Notes: a model not told the origin generated them from the letters alone. 64,000 bases of DNA from an uncultured delta proteobacterium (GCA_963745035.1 CAVUVW010000019.1:64001-128000), one strand, 5' to 3'; shown: positions 1 through 10,651, counted from the stretch's first letter. Numbers and translations are program-made.

Positions 1-235
1 CAAGATCTACGACGCCGACTACGTCGATATCCCGTTGGCGGCGGAAAGCTCGGCCAAGTACGGCAAGGCCGACCTGCCGCGGATGATCCGCAAGCTGCAA
101 AAAGAAATGAAAGAGGCGGCGCAGCGCTTGGAATTTGAAAACGCCGCCCAATTGCGCGATCGTATAAAAGAGCTGCAGGAACAAGAATTGGCCCTGCGCG
201 GGTCGGACTTGGAGCTCACTGCCGCCGACACCTGA
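1..235 (+). CDS. uvrB: Excinuclease ABC subunit B, C-terminal end (partial, runs in from window edge)
   Basis: UVR coiled-coil motif LQKEMKEAAQRLEFENAAQLRDRIKEL; directly upstream of uvrC. Confidence 0.85.
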   Translation, partial: KIYDADYVDIPLAAESSAKYGKADLPRMIRKLQKEMKEAAQRLEFENAAQLRDRIKELQEQELALRGSDLELTAADT

Positions 236-322
236 CCCGCCGTGTCGCCCGCCGGCTGCGCTCGCTCGCCGTAGCCGACACTCCGCTGTTTGTGTAAACT
301 CCGCAGCCGCGAGCCTGATTCC

Positions 323-2170
323 GTGAATCCGACTTCCGAAAAACTCGCCAATCTACCCTCGCGTCCGGGGTGTTACCTCATGCGCGACAAGGGCGGCAAG
401 GTGGTGTACGTCGGCAAGGCCAAGGACGTGCGCGCCCGGGTGCGCTCCTATTTCAACAATTCCGACGAGCGCTCGCAGATCCAGTTTTTGCTGCGGCGGG
501 TGGAAGACATCGAGACCCTGGTCACGAGCAGCGACAAGGAAGCGCTGATCCTCGAAAACAATCTGATCAAACAGTACAAGCCGCGCTACAACATCCGGCT
601 CAAGGACGACAAGAGCTATCTCAGCATCAAAGTGACGACTCAGCATCCCTGGCCGCGGATCTTCGCCACCCGAAAGATCGTCAAGGACGGCAACCGCTAC
701 TTCGGACCGTTTTCCTCCGCCGTGGCGGCGCGCGAGACCATCGACATCATCGAGAAGCACTTTTTGCTGCGCAACTGCACCGATCACAATTTTCGCAACC
801 GCAGCCGGCCCTGCTTGCAATATCAAATCAAGCGCTGCATGGCGCCGTGCGTGCTGGCGGTGCCGGAGGAAGTCTATCGCGAGCAGGTGCGCCAGGCGAT
901 GTTGTTCATCGACGGCAAGCAGCAGCAGTTGATCGACGAGCTGCGCCAGCGCATGCAGGCCAAATCCGACGCGCTGGAGTTCGAGGCGGCGGCGCGCATC
1001 CGCGACCAGGTCCAGGCGGTGGAAAAGACGCTCGAAAAACAGCGCATGGTGGCGCACTGGGGCGCCGATCAGGATATCTTCGGTCTTTATCGTGAGGGCG
1101 GCTTTATCGAAGTCCAGGTGTTGCTCGTGCGCCAGGGAAAGCTGACCGAGAATCTTTCCTATTCCCTCGAGGACCTCGAATTTCCCGACGAGGAGATCGT
1201 CGGCTCCTTGCTGACCCAGTTTTATCAAGGGCAGCGCTTCGTACCGGATGAGATTCTTCTGCCGGTTACTTTGGAAGACCGCGCCGCGCGCGAGGAATAT
1301 CTGGGCGAGCGCAAAGGCAAGCGGGTCGAGATCATCAATCCGCAGCGCGGCGACAAGCGCCATCTAGTGCAGATGGCCGAGGACAACGCCAAGCAGAGCT
1401 TTTCCGAGCGCCACGATCAGGAGAAAGCGCGGGAAAAAATGCTCCGTGAGCTGCAGGAGCATCTGCGGCTCAAGCGCTATCCGCAGCGCATCGAGTGCTT
1501 CGACATCTCGATGATCCACGGCTCCCACGCGGTCGGTTCGATGGTCACGTTCATCGACGGCGAGCCGGACAAGAACCTCTACCGCCATTTTCGCATCCGC
1601 ACGATCGATCCAGCGTCGGGCGGCGATGATTTCGGCATGATGCTCGAGGTTTTGAAGCGCCGGTTCAGCCGCGGCAAGGAGGAAGCCGACCTGCCCGATC
1701 TGATCGTTGTCGACGGCGGACGCGGACAACTGGCGATGGCGTTGACTGCCATGGCCGAGCTGGGCGTTGAAGGCGTCGATGCCGTGGGCTTGGCCAAGAT
1801 GCGCGTGCAGGCGGCGCCGCGCAGCGCCGAGATCGAGAGATCCGAGGAACGAGTGTTTTTGCCGGGGCAGAGCAATCCGGTGATCTTGAAGCGCAACTCC
1901 AACGCGCTCTTTCTCTTGCAGCGGGTGCGCGACGAGGCGCACCGCTTCGCCATTACCCATCATCGCCGGCTTCGGTCCAGGCAGACGCTTTACTCCGCGC
2001 TGGACCGCATTCCCGGCGTCGGCGGCGCGCGCAAGCGCGCTTTGCTGCGCGCGTTCGGCAGCGTCAAACGTATCGAAGAGGCGTCCCTCGAAGAGCTGCT
2101 GAAGGTGCCCTCGATGAACGAGCGGGTCGCGCAGCAAATCCTGCACAATTTGCGGGACGCGACGGATTGA
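323..2170 (+). CDS. uvrC: Excinuclease ABC subunit C
   Basis: N-terminal GIY-YIG (PGCYLM..VVYVGKAK), UVR domain, RIECFDIS, DGGRGQL, RDEAHRFAI, C-terminal HhH; GTG start at 323 chosen. Confidence 0.97.
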   Translation: MNPTSEKLANLPSRPGCYLMRDKGGKVVYVGKAKDVRARVRSYFNNSDERSQIQFLLRRVEDIETLVTSSDKEALILENNLIKQYKPRYNIRLKDDKSYLSIKVTTQHPWPRIFATRKIVKDGNRYFGPFSSAVAARETIDIIEKHFLLRNCTDHNFRNRSRPCLQYQIKRCMAPCVLAVPEEVYREQVRQAMLFIDGKQQQLIDELRQRMQAKSDALEFEAAARIRDQVQAVEKTLEKQRMVAHWGADQDIFGLYREGGFIEVQVLLVRQGKLTENLSYSLEDLEFPDEEIVGSLLTQFYQGQRFVPDEILLPVTLEDRAAREEYLGERKGKRVEIINPQRGDKRHLVQMAEDNAKQSFSERHDQEKAREKMLRELQEHLRLKRYPQRIECFDISMIHGSHAVGSMVTFIDGEPDKNLYRHFRIRTIDPASGGDDFGMMLEVLKRRFSRGKEEADLPDLIVVDGGRGQLAMALTAMAELGVEGVDAVGLAKMRVQAAPRSAEIERSEERVFLPGQSNPVILKRNSNALFLLQRVRDEAHRFAITHHRRLRSRQTLYSALDRIPGVGGARKRALLRAFGSVKRIEEASLEELLKVPSMNERVAQQILHNLRDATD

Positions 2171-2179
2171 GAGACGGCC

Positions 2180-4702
2180 GTGACCGATGGACGATCAGCG
2201 GAGCAAGCAACTGGAAAAAGCATCCATCCTTCGGCCTGGCTGATCGCGCCGACGAGCGCGCTGCTCGTCGGCCAGGCGGTTGCAACCGCGCCGGGGAATT
2301 TTGCGCCCGAGGCCGGCGCGGTATTCTTGTCGCCGCTGTTGCTGATTTTTCCAGCGCGCCGGCGGCGCTGGGCGATTTTGCTGGCGCTGTGTTTGGCGGC
2401 ATTGCTGCTGGGCTATGTGCGCCACCGCCAACTCTTGTCGCCGCATTTTCCCGCCAATCACCTCCGTTCGGTCATGGCCCGTGGCGACGAGCGCTTGTAT
2501 CTGGAGGGCACGCTGCGCCACGAGCCGGAGAAGCTCGTCGGTCGCAGCCGCTGGCACGTCGCCGCCGAACGGGTCTGGCAGCCGGTCGGCGCAGAGGAGG
2601 TCACCGGCGATATTCTCATCACCTTGCGCGCGGCGCGGCGTGACTGGCGCTACGGCGACCGAGTGCGGCTTTGGGTCCGGCCCAACGTGCCGCAAGACAG
2701 CGGTAATCCCGGCGGCTTCGATTACGCGACATATTTAAAACGCCGCGAGATCTACGCCGTCGGGTTTCTCGACAACGATCAAGAAGTGGAATTGCTCGCG
2801 CGAAGTCCCGGTCCGATCCGGGCCCTGGTCGAAGATCTGCGGCGCCAGATTCGCCGTTTCATCGACCGTCACTTTTCCTACGAGAGCGGCGCACTGCTGG
2901 CGGCACTGGTGGTCGGCGACATGGGCGGCATCACCAAAGCGACGCGCGCGGCGTTTACGGCCGCGGGCGTCAATCACGTCCTGTCGATCTCCGGCCTCCA
3001 CGTCGCCATGCTCGGCCTGGTGGTGTTCGGCTTTGTTCGCTACGGCGCGCAGTACAGCACCTTTCTCATGCTGCGAATGAATCTTCTGAAGACCGCCGCG
3101 CTGTTTTCCTTCATCGCCGTGCTTTTTTATACCGCGCTTGCCGGGGCGATGGTGCCGACCGTTCGCTCCGCGATCATGATCGGCGTGTATCAACTGGCGG
3201 TGCTGCTCGATCGCGAAGAGGAAGTCTTCGCGAGTTTGACCTTGGCGGCGTTGCTGATCGCCATCGTCTGGCCCGGCGTCGTCGCGGATATTTCCTTCCA
3301 GCTATCGTTTCTCGCGGTGTTGTTCATCGTCTGGGGCATGCGCAGGTTTCATCTCTGGCTTGCCACCGAAGCGCGCGATCAGTTGCCGCAGGAACGGAGC
3401 TGGGCGCGCGCCCGGATGCGGCAGGCGGGCGTTCATCTCGCGGTGCCGCTGCTTGCTACCCTGGGCACCGGCCCGCTGATCGCGCATTACTTCGGCCACA
3501 TCTCGCTCGCCGGATTCATCGCCAATCCGTTGATTGTTCCGCTGGTCGGTTTTCTCGTCGTGCCGCTCGGTCTCGTCATCGGTTTTTGCGCGCTGCTCGC
3601 GCCCGAGGCCGGCGCTCTGATCGCCGTTCTCGCCGAGCAATTGATTTCGACAACCTCCTGGCTGGTGCGGCAATTCGCGAGCTTGCCGCTGGCGAATCTC
3701 AGCGTGCCGTCGCCCAACGCGCTGGAAATCGCCGTGCTCTACGGTTTGCTGGTCAGCGTGTTTGTTCTTACCAAACCGCTGCACCGCACGGCTGCCGTCG
3801 TTGTTGCCGTCGGCATGCTCGGCGCCATCGGTTCTTACTGGTGGAGCGAGCGCCACCAGCGTAGAGAGTTGCGCGTCACGCATCTCAACGTCGGTCAGGG
3901 CGACGCGGCGGTGGTGGAGTTGCCCGGTTCGAAAGTGATGCTGATCGATGCGGGGGGCGCGGCGGCGGGCGATTTCGATACCGGTGAGTCGATTGTCGCG
4001 CCCTATCTACGCTCGCGCAAGATTCTGAAAGTGGACTATCTCGTCGTCACCCATCCACGCATCGATCATTACGGCGGCATGCGCGCGATTGCCGAGGAGT
4101 TTTCGCCGCGAGAATTCTGGTCCGGCGGCGCGCGTGGGCAGACCGGCCGCTTTGACGAGCTTGAAGATGCATTGCAAAAAGCCCGCGTGCAGCGCGTCGC
4201 GCTCAGCGACCGCGAACCCTGCCGGAAAATCGATGACGTGAGGCTATGCGCTTTGTATCCCGCGGCGGGGAAGGCCGAGGAGGGCTCCGTCGTGCTGCGC
4301 CTGGAATACGGCAAGCTGCGCTATCTGTTCGCGAGCGATATCGACAAGCGCGACGAAGCGCTGCTGCTGCAGCACGCCGACGAAGTTCGCAGCGCGGTCT
4401 TGAAAGTGCCGCGCCACGGCGCGCCGACGGCGAGCTCGGCGGAGTTCATCGCCGCCGCGCGGCCGAAACTCGCGATCGTTTCAACCGGCGGCCGCAGCCG
4501 CAATGAAACCGCGCGGGAAGACATACTCTTGCGTTATAGGCAGATCGGGGCCGAAGTCCTGCGCACGTCCGACGACGGCGCCATCATCGTCGAAAGCGAC
4601 GGCGCCGTTGTGCGCTATGCCGGCCATAAGAGCGGCAAGAAAGGCGAAGTCGATTTGAGGGCGGATAATACAGCCACAGAGATCACAAAAATCACGCACT
4701 AG
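2180..4702 (+). CDS. comEC: DNA internalization competence protein ComEC/Rec2
   Basis: NPGGFDY, HVLSISGLHV competence domain, SFQLSF, C-terminal MBL domain (LNVGQGD, THPRIDHYGG). Confidence 0.95.
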   Translation: MTDGRSAEQATGKSIHPSAWLIAPTSALLVGQAVATAPGNFAPEAGAVFLSPLLLIFPARRRRWAILLALCLAALLLGYVRHRQLLSPHFPANHLRSVMARGDERLYLEGTLRHEPEKLVGRSRWHVAAERVWQPVGAEEVTGDILITLRAARRDWRYGDRVRLWVRPNVPQDSGNPGGFDYATYLKRREIYAVGFLDNDQEVELLARSPGPIRALVEDLRRQIRRFIDRHFSYESGALLAALVVGDMGGITKATRAAFTAAGVNHVLSISGLHVAMLGLVVFGFVRYGAQYSTFLMLRMNLLKTAALFSFIAVLFYTALAGAMVPTVRSAIMIGVYQLAVLLDREEEVFASLTLAALLIAIVWPGVVADISFQLSFLAVLFIVWGMRRFHLWLATEARDQLPQERSWARARMRQAGVHLAVPLLATLGTGPLIAHYFGHISLAGFIANPLIVPLVGFLVVPLGLVIGFCALLAPEAGALIAVLAEQLISTTSWLVRQFASLPLANLSVPSPNALEIAVLYGLLVSVFVLTKPLHRTAAVVVAVGMLGAIGSYWWSERHQRRELRVTHLNVGQGDAAVVELPGSKVMLIDAGGAAAGDFDTGESIVAPYLRSRKILKVDYLVVTHPRIDHYGGMRAIAEEFSPREFWSGGARGQTGRFDELEDALQKARVQRVALSDREPCRKIDDVRLCALYPAAGKAEEGSVVLRLEYGKLRYLFASDIDKRDEALLLQHADEVRSAVLKVPRHGAPTASSAEFIAAARPKLAIVSTGGRSRNETAREDILLRYRQIGAEVLRTSDDGAIIVESDGAVVRYAGHKSGKKGEVDLRADNTATEITKITH

Positions 4703-4726
4703 AGGCGGTTTTGAAACCGCCCCTAC
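4701..4726 (-). repeat. GTAG-type REP-like palindrome / possible terminator between convergent genes
   Basis: Reverse strand GTAGGGGCGGTTTCAAAACCGCCTCT: GTAG tag plus GC stem. Confidence 0.55.
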
Positions 4727-4743
4727 AACCGGTCAATTCCTCA

Positions 4744-5685
4744 TCATCCCAACGCTTTTAGTTCTTCGATGTAGTCTTTAAAGCCCGCTTCGATGTCGTA
4801 TTCCGGGCTCCAGCCCAGCACTTGCTTGGCTTTTTCGATCACCATCGGCTGTTTCGCCGAGCGGGGGCGTTGGCCGGGGACGATTTCGACCTGAAGCTTG
4901 GGCAGGAGCTTCTCCGCCAAGGCGACGAGGTCGTCGAACTTGATGACGACGCCGGTGCCGATGTTCAATGTGACCGGCTCCTTCAACGGCGTCGTCGCCG
5001 CTTTGTCGAGCGCGCGGCCGAGGTCTTTGTAATAGACGTACTCGAAATCGCGGGCGACTTCCTGGGCGATCTTCACGACGCCGCCTTTGATACCGGTCTG
5101 AAGCATGTTCTGCACCATCTCGCCGCCGCCGGAGCCGCCGGCGAAATGGCCGACGCCGTAGACATTCGCCAATCTCAGCACGATCAGCTCGAAGCCGTAC
5201 ATGCGCTGGTAGGCTTCGACCATGAGCTCCTTGGCGACTTTGGAGTTGCCGTACGGCTCGCCCGGTCCGCGGCGAAAATCTTCGTCGATCGGGCTGGGCT
5301 CGCCCTTGCGGCGGTCGTAGATGCCGAAGGTGCTGATCTGGACCAAACGCTTCACGCCGGTCAGGCGCACCGCCTCGGCCACGTTGATCGTGCCCATGAC
5401 GTTGATCTGCAAGCCCGTGTAGACCGGATTGGCGACTTTGCCGCCGATCAGTCCGGCGGTGTGGATCACCGTGTCGCATTTATGCTTCTGGATGGTTTCG
5501 ATCAACGACGGTAAGTCCCGGATGTCTCGCTGCACCACCGTAACGTTAGCGCCGCCCAGCTTATGCGCCAAAAAGTCCTTGCGCGGCGCGAAATCATAAA
5601 ACACGACGTTCTCACCCCGTTTGACCGCATGCTGCGCGTAGGAAGTGCCGACGAGTCCCAAGCCAGTGATAAGTGTCGCTGCCAT
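4744..5685 (-). CDS. NAD-dependent epimerase/dehydratase (extended SDR)
   Basis: TGLGLVG Rossmann motif, YGNSK catalytic motif, LRLANVYG. Confidence 0.9.
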   Translation of the reverse strand: MAATLITGLGLVGTSYAQHAVKRGENVVFYDFAPRKDFLAHKLGGANVTVVQRDIRDLPSLIETIQKHKCDTVIHTAGLIGGKVANPVYTGLQINVMGTINVAEAVRLTGVKRLVQISTFGIYDRRKGEPSPIDEDFRRGPGEPYGNSKVAKELMVEAYQRMYGFELIVLRLANVYGVGHFAGGSGGGEMVQNMLQTGIKGGVVKIAQEVARDFEYVYYKDLGRALDKAATTPLKEPVTLNIGTGVVIKFDDLVALAEKLLPKLQVEIVPGQRPRSAKQPMVIEKAKQVLGWSPEYDIEAGFKDYIEELKALG

Positions 5686-5840
5686 GACCGCTCCTTTCGT
5701 CCGTCAGATGAAATCAGCTTTCCCCTTACTCCTTGAAACTCCAAATGTCCAGGTGGGAATCGAATGCAACCGCCTGCCATGCCTCACCGATTTGCAACGG
5801 AGCGTGACCTCAGGTTATAGCCCATCATGAAGGTTCGATT

Positions 5841-6800
5841 ATGAAAAACGTCTCGTGTTTTCTACTTGGCCTATTCGTCTTGATCATCCCGGCGTCCGGC
5901 AAGAGTCAAAGCCAGGCGCCCCTCGTGGTGAATTACGCCGCGATCAATGCCAACATGCTCAATCTTTGGGTCGGCAAGGAAGGTGGGCATTTTACCGAAG
6001 AAGGATTGGACGTGCGCATTCTCCACGTGCGCGGCGGATCTCTTGGCGTGCAACTGTTGGTGTCCGGTCAGACGCCGATCGGTTTGGTCGGTGCCACGGC
6101 GATCGCGAATGCTTACCTGCAGGGAAGCAAAGATTTGGTGATGATCGGCGGCGTCACGAATGTCATGGCTTACGTGTTGGCGGCGAAGCCCGAGATTCAA
6201 ACCGCAAACCAAATTAAGGGCAAAACCTTGGCGGTGAGCCGGTTCGGATCCACGGCTGACTTTGTCGCCGAGTACGCGTTACGCCAGTTGGGACTGCAAA
6301 AAACCGACGTGACGATGGTTCAGATCGGCACCGAAGGCGATCGCTTGGCGGCGATGCAGCGCGGCGATATCCAGCTCTCGGTGTTTACGCCAACCTTTCT
6401 TCCCGCGCTCAAAAAAACCGGCATGAGGGTCTTGCTCGATCTTGAAGAGCGGAAAATTCCCTATCTGCTCGCCGGATACGCGACGAGCCGAGCGTTTCTT
6501 GGCCGCGAGCGGCAGAACACGGTCAAATTCATGCGCGGCATTATCAAAAGCATCAAGCGCATCAAAACCGACCGGCCGTTTGCCGAAAAAGTTTTGGCTC
6601 AGTATGTAAAAAGCGACGACAAGGAACTATTGCGGCTTGCTCTGGACCAGCAAATACGGATTCTGCCGGATTTGCCGTACGCTCCCGAGGAAGGGATGAA
6701 AACGATCCTGGAAGATTTGGGACGGACCTTGCCGGACGCCCGGCGGTTGCAGCCGGCGGCGCTGATCGATGCGACGGTCGTACGCGACGCGGCGAAATGA
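5841..6800 (+). CDS. NitT/TauT (SsuA/THI5-like) solute-binding protein
   Basis: Signal peptide, KGKTLAVSRFGSTAD motif. Confidence 0.85.
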   Translation: MKNVSCFLLGLFVLIIPASGKSQSQAPLVVNYAAINANMLNLWVGKEGGHFTEEGLDVRILHVRGGSLGVQLLVSGQTPIGLVGATAIANAYLQGSKDLVMIGGVTNVMAYVLAAKPEIQTANQIKGKTLAVSRFGSTADFVAEYALRQLGLQKTDVTMVQIGTEGDRLAAMQRGDIQLSVFTPTFLPALKKTGMRVLLDLEERKIPYLLAGYATSRAFLGRERQNTVKFMRGIIKSIKRIKTDRPFAEKVLAQYVKSDDKELLRLALDQQIRILPDLPYAPEEGMKTILEDLGRTLPDARRLQPAALIDATVVRDAAK

Positions 6801-7915
6801 GTCTTGCGAAGGAGAAATACATGAAAGGTGTAGTGGACGCGGATACCCACATTGCCGAACCGGAGGCGATGTGGAAGTTGATCGACGAAAAAATGGCGCC
6901 GCGCCGGCCGGTGCTGGTGGGCTTGCCGGAGGATACCTGGTTCGGGGACCGGAATGCGCTGTGGCTGATCGATGGCAACATTTTTCCCAAGCCGGCGGGG
7001 AAGGGGAGTTACCGGCTGGTTACGCCATCGGCGCAGAAGGCGGAGAAAGTGCGCGGCGACATCGCGATCTCCAGCCGGGAGATTTCCGACGTGGCCGCGC
7101 GGCTAAAAGACATGGACCGCCTCGGCGTCGACGTTCAAGTGATTTATCCGACGCTGTTTCTGGTCTACCTAACCGACGACGCGGAATTGGAAACGGCTTT
7201 GTGCAAGGCCTACAACTCTTGGCTCGGCGACGCTTGCAACAAATCCAACGGGCGGCTGAAGTTCGTCGCCATCTTGCCGCTGCGCTCGATCCCCGAGTCG
7301 CTGAAAGAGATGAAGCGGGCGAAAGAGCTTGGCGCCGTGGGCATCTTTTTTCGCGGCATCGAAGGCGACAAGACCATCGATCACCCGTATTTTCATCCGG
7401 TTTACGAGCAGGCCGCTCAGCTCGACATGGCGATCTGCATTCATACGGGTTCCGGCGCGCCGTGGATGCTGCCTTACTTCGAGCACGCGCGCAATCATAC
7501 CTTCGCTCACGGCCGCGCGCTGCCGATCTTCGCGTTCCGCGATCTGGTCGCCAACCGGATTCCGGAAAAGTACCCCGGCTTGCGCATCGGCTTCATCGAA
7601 GCCTCCGCCGGCTGGGCGCCGTTCATGATGCACATCCTGCGCAGGCTGTTCAAAGATCGCTCGAAGTTCAAGAACAGCGCCGAGTTCTTCCGCGACTATA
7701 ATCTGTTCATTGCCTGCGAAGCCGACGAAGACATTCCGTATTTGGCCAAATGCATCGGCGAAGATAACATCGTCATCGGCTCGGACTACGGCCACAACGA
7801 CCCGTCCGCTGAGGAAAGGCTGGTCGAGACCCTCGGCGCCCGCGAAGACGTGGCGCAAGCGCTGGCGGAAAAGATCCTGGTCCACAACCCGCGTAGGCTT
7901 TACGGGCTGCATTGA
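6797..7915 (+). CDS. Amidohydrolase_2 family protein (metal-dependent decarboxylase/hydratase-like)
   Basis: DADTH, DMDRLGVD, IHTG, GSDYGH motifs; ATGA overlap with upstream gene. Confidence 0.9.
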   Translation: MSLAKEKYMKGVVDADTHIAEPEAMWKLIDEKMAPRRPVLVGLPEDTWFGDRNALWLIDGNIFPKPAGKGSYRLVTPSAQKAEKVRGDIAISSREISDVAARLKDMDRLGVDVQVIYPTLFLVYLTDDAELETALCKAYNSWLGDACNKSNGRLKFVAILPLRSIPESLKEMKRAKELGAVGIFFRGIEGDKTIDHPYFHPVYEQAAQLDMAICIHTGSGAPWMLPYFEHARNHTFAHGRALPIFAFRDLVANRIPEKYPGLRIGFIEASAGWAPFMMHILRRLFKDRSKFKNSAEFFRDYNLFIACEADEDIPYLAKCIGEDNIVIGSDYGHNDPSAEERLVETLGAREDVAQALAEKILVHNPRRLYGLH

Positions 7916-8010
7916 CAAGAGTGTCACCACGAAACACGCGAAGGTCATAAAGGTTCAAAGGGAGAAATCATTTCTCTGAACGGAATTCATTTGCTGCGCT
8001 GGCGAAGCAC

Positions 8011-8721
8011 ATGACGACCGACCTAGAGAACTTCGTGGTCCGCGCCGCCGAACACTTCAAATCCCAACTTGGGGGATCGATCGTCGAAGTCTACAAACTC
8101 GGCAGCTTGGCCCACGGCGGATTCAGCAGCATCTATAGTGATATCGACGTCGGTGTCGTGCTGAGTTGCGCCGAGCCGCCGCGTGAGATGGCTGACTTGA
8201 TCGCGCAGGCAAAATCGTTGGACCCGGTACACGGTAAGAAGCTTTCTGTGTTCTGGGGCAATCCGGAATTCGCGTGGGGACGTTTGCCGGTGATCGACCG
8301 CATCGACCTGCTCGATCACGGCGTGCCGCTGTTGCGGGGGGTCAGACCAGGCTTCCGCAGACCAACCAAGGAAGAGATTCACCAGGAACAACTACAAAGT
8401 ATCGAGCGAAGCTGGAAATCCCGATTGCCTGAGTTGAGTCGGCTAACGGCACTCGAAGCCAAAGATCGCAAACCCTACATCCGCGCAATCCTCTACGCCG
8501 CGCGGCTGATCTACACCTGGGACAACCTGGCCGTCGATTCGAACGACCGTGCCGTCGAATATCTCCATCAAGTTCAACCGCCCGGACTCGACCTCAGCCC
8601 GATCGATATGGCCCTGGCCTGCCGCAACGGAAAATGCACGGCCGAGGACGTCTTTGCAATGCGAACTGATCTCAATGCGCAGTGCCAAAGAGCGTTGAGC
8701 TACATTGCTGCGAGGTCTTGA
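8011..8721 (+). CDS. Nucleotidyltransferase-domain protein (Pol beta superfamily)
   Basis: hGS-x10-DxD motif (LGSLAHGGFSSIYSDIDV) plus helical C-terminal domain. Confidence 0.75.
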   Translation: MTTDLENFVVRAAEHFKSQLGGSIVEVYKLGSLAHGGFSSIYSDIDVGVVLSCAEPPREMADLIAQAKSLDPVHGKKLSVFWGNPEFAWGRLPVIDRIDLLDHGVPLLRGVRPGFRRPTKEEIHQEQLQSIERSWKSRLPELSRLTALEAKDRKPYIRAILYAARLIYTWDNLAVDSNDRAVEYLHQVQPPGLDLSPIDMALACRNGKCTAEDVFAMRTDLNAQCQRALSYIAARS

Positions 8722-8734
8722 CCGTAGCAGCATC

Positions 8735-9523
8735 ATGAAAGTACAAGACATCGCTAAAAAGTGGCGCGCACAGGGCTTCGCCGTTATCCCCGGCTTTCTG
8801 ACTGCGCCTGAGGTTGATTCGTTACGCCGCATTTGCGATTACGTCCTTCAGCAGGCCATCGAAGGAGATCCTCGTCGGGCGGCGGCGAGAAATATAGCTT
8901 ATCTCACCGAGCAGAGATATTTCGGCTCGCGCGAAGATGATCTGTTGAAGCTGCTGGAATTTATCGCTGACGACCGCATCGTTGCCATAATCAGTCACGT
9001 CGCCGGTGAAATGCCGCTGTTTCACAATACCCAATACTTCTACAACCCCACGCAATCGCACGACGGCGAATGGCACAGAGACACGCAGTTTCTGGCGCCC
9101 GGCGAAGTTTTGGAACGAGAAAGAATGAAGCAACACACCGGCGTCCACTTTCGGGTCGCATTTCTCCCTGATCGCCAGCTTGAATATGTGCCACGCTCTG
9201 AGCAGCGCTGGGACACGCCGGAAGAATTGAGCATACGGAAGGGCGATGATCCTACTCATCCGGACATGCCCGGCCGAACCAGGATCGATCTTGCACCGGG
9301 CGACGCCTGCCTTTTCCACGCTTGGGGAATCCATCGCGGAACGTACAGAGCCGAAATTCCCAGGCGTACGCTGGACATCATCTATGGTTGGGGCGGTGTC
9401 TGCGATTATTCTCCACCGCCGCCCATGTGCTTTACTGACGCAAGCCTACTCGCACGGCTGAGTCCGCAAGCCCGCAAGTTTTTCGACCACTTCATTCACA
9501 GTTACCAAAGAAGCTGGAAGTAG
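8735..9523 (+). CDS. Phytanoyl-CoA dioxygenase (PhyH) family Fe(II)/2OG dioxygenase
   Basis: QGFAVIPGFL, WHRD facial-triad motif, GDACLFHAWGIHRG. Confidence 0.85.
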   Translation: MKVQDIAKKWRAQGFAVIPGFLTAPEVDSLRRICDYVLQQAIEGDPRRAAARNIAYLTEQRYFGSREDDLLKLLEFIADDRIVAIISHVAGEMPLFHNTQYFYNPTQSHDGEWHRDTQFLAPGEVLERERMKQHTGVHFRVAFLPDRQLEYVPRSEQRWDTPEELSIRKGDDPTHPDMPGRTRIDLAPGDACLFHAWGIHRGTYRAEIPRRTLDIIYGWGGVCDYSPPPPMCFTDASLLARLSPQARKFFDHFIHSYQRSWK

Positions 9524-9591
9524 GCTGGTACGTATCAAGACAGACGCGCGTCCAACCGCAACGAACACGTGTAGAAAGAAGAGGCGAGGAA

Positions 9592-9777
9592 ATGAAGATC
9601 AGAACATCGACTGTTGCGATGCTTGCCGGATCCCGAAGCGGTCGGAAATTCGCTTTATTTTTCGTTTTGTTGATTACCGTTTTGTCGGGATGCTGTTCAG
9701 TAATCAGCACCAGCGAGAATTTTTATAAAGACCGGCCGCCGCGGCGCATCAATTGGCGGGAATATTTGACGGATTGA
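9592..9777 (+). CDS. Possible small lipoprotein
   Basis: GAGG-like RBS; hydrophobic stretch ending in lipobox LSGC; 61 aa. Confidence 0.35.
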   Translation: MKIRTSTVAMLAGSRSGRKFALFFVLLITVLSGCCSVISTSENFYKDRPPRRINWREYLTD

Positions 9778-9794
9778 GCAGGTATTTCAACTTT

Positions 9795-10133
9795 TCATGC
9801 CATGCGCCGGCTGTTGTATTTACAATCGCGCCTGGTCGCCTTCCAGCGCATGAATCCCCGCCGCACGTAGTCCGGGTCGAGGTGAAGATGAGCGCAGACA
9901 TTTTCGAAGGAGAAAAACGACGAGCTGTCGGTTTCCAGGATCCAGTCCTCCGCTTGTTGAAATAGTTCCTTGCCGCGGCTGTCCTCGGCAAGCGCGTACT
10001 TCTGAAAATCTTCAACGGCGCTTTCCAGCACTGCGAGCATCAGTCGTTCTTCGCCGTCCCGGAGAGTACGCTTGAAAACATGTTCCGCAAGGCTGGTGTC
10101 GGTGGGTTCGAAAAAGCCCAACTTTGACTTCAT
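9795..10133 (-). CDS. Small hypothetical protein
   Basis: AGGAG RBS; helical pattern RLMLAVLESAVEDF..AEDWI..FSFENVCAHLHLDPDYVR. Confidence 0.7.
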   Translation of the reverse strand: MKSKLGFFEPTDTSLAEHVFKRTLRDGEERLMLAVLESAVEDFQKYALAEDSRGKELFQQAEDWILETDSSSFFSFENVCAHLHLDPDYVRRGFMRWKATRRDCKYNSRRMA

Positions 10134-10432
10134 GAAGATCGTCTCCTGAGTAAATGCGCGTCCAAGCTGGGCAGTGCCGACGCAAAGCCGAAGCCACCGC
10201 GAGTGAGGCGAAACAACGGCGGTCGCGGGACGCAGCGTGGAAGGAAAGTGACAACTATGAAGGGTGTGAATGCCCGTTGGGGGCTGCGGCGATTACCCGC
10301 CGGGCTGCCCGTAATTCGCACCGTGTCCGCTGTGTAATCTTTGCTGACAGGCCGATGTGTTCATGTCGGAAACAGATTGATTTCTGATTGGTAAGATTGG
10401 CAATCCTGCGATTCCGTGTTTATAATTTCGCA

Positions 10433-10651
10433 GTGGCGAACCTCTACTACAACGACCGGCTCATCATCGCCTTCGCGTCGCTCAATCCGAGCGACAAGCA
10501 GTGGACGGCTGGGGCGGAGATCACATGGAAGCGTGACGGCGAGCGGCAGTCCCATACCATCAGCGGGCTGACAGATCGCTTCAAGACCAGTGAAGATGCC
10601 GAGAGGTTTGTCATCCATCTCGCTAAAAGCTGGATCGACGCAAATCCCTAG
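10433..10651 (+). CDS. Small hypothetical protein
   Basis: Protein-like 72-aa ORF from GTG, codon usage consistent with neighbours. Confidence 0.55.
   Translation: MANLYYNDRLIIAFASLNPSDKQWTAGAEITWKRDGERQSHTISGLTDRFKTSEDAERFVIHLAKSWIDANP

Noticed and set aside
8011-8721. Aminoglycoside adenylyltransferase resistance gene (aadA)
   Set aside because: Only the generic nucleotidyltransferase motif is shared; no integron attC or resistance context.
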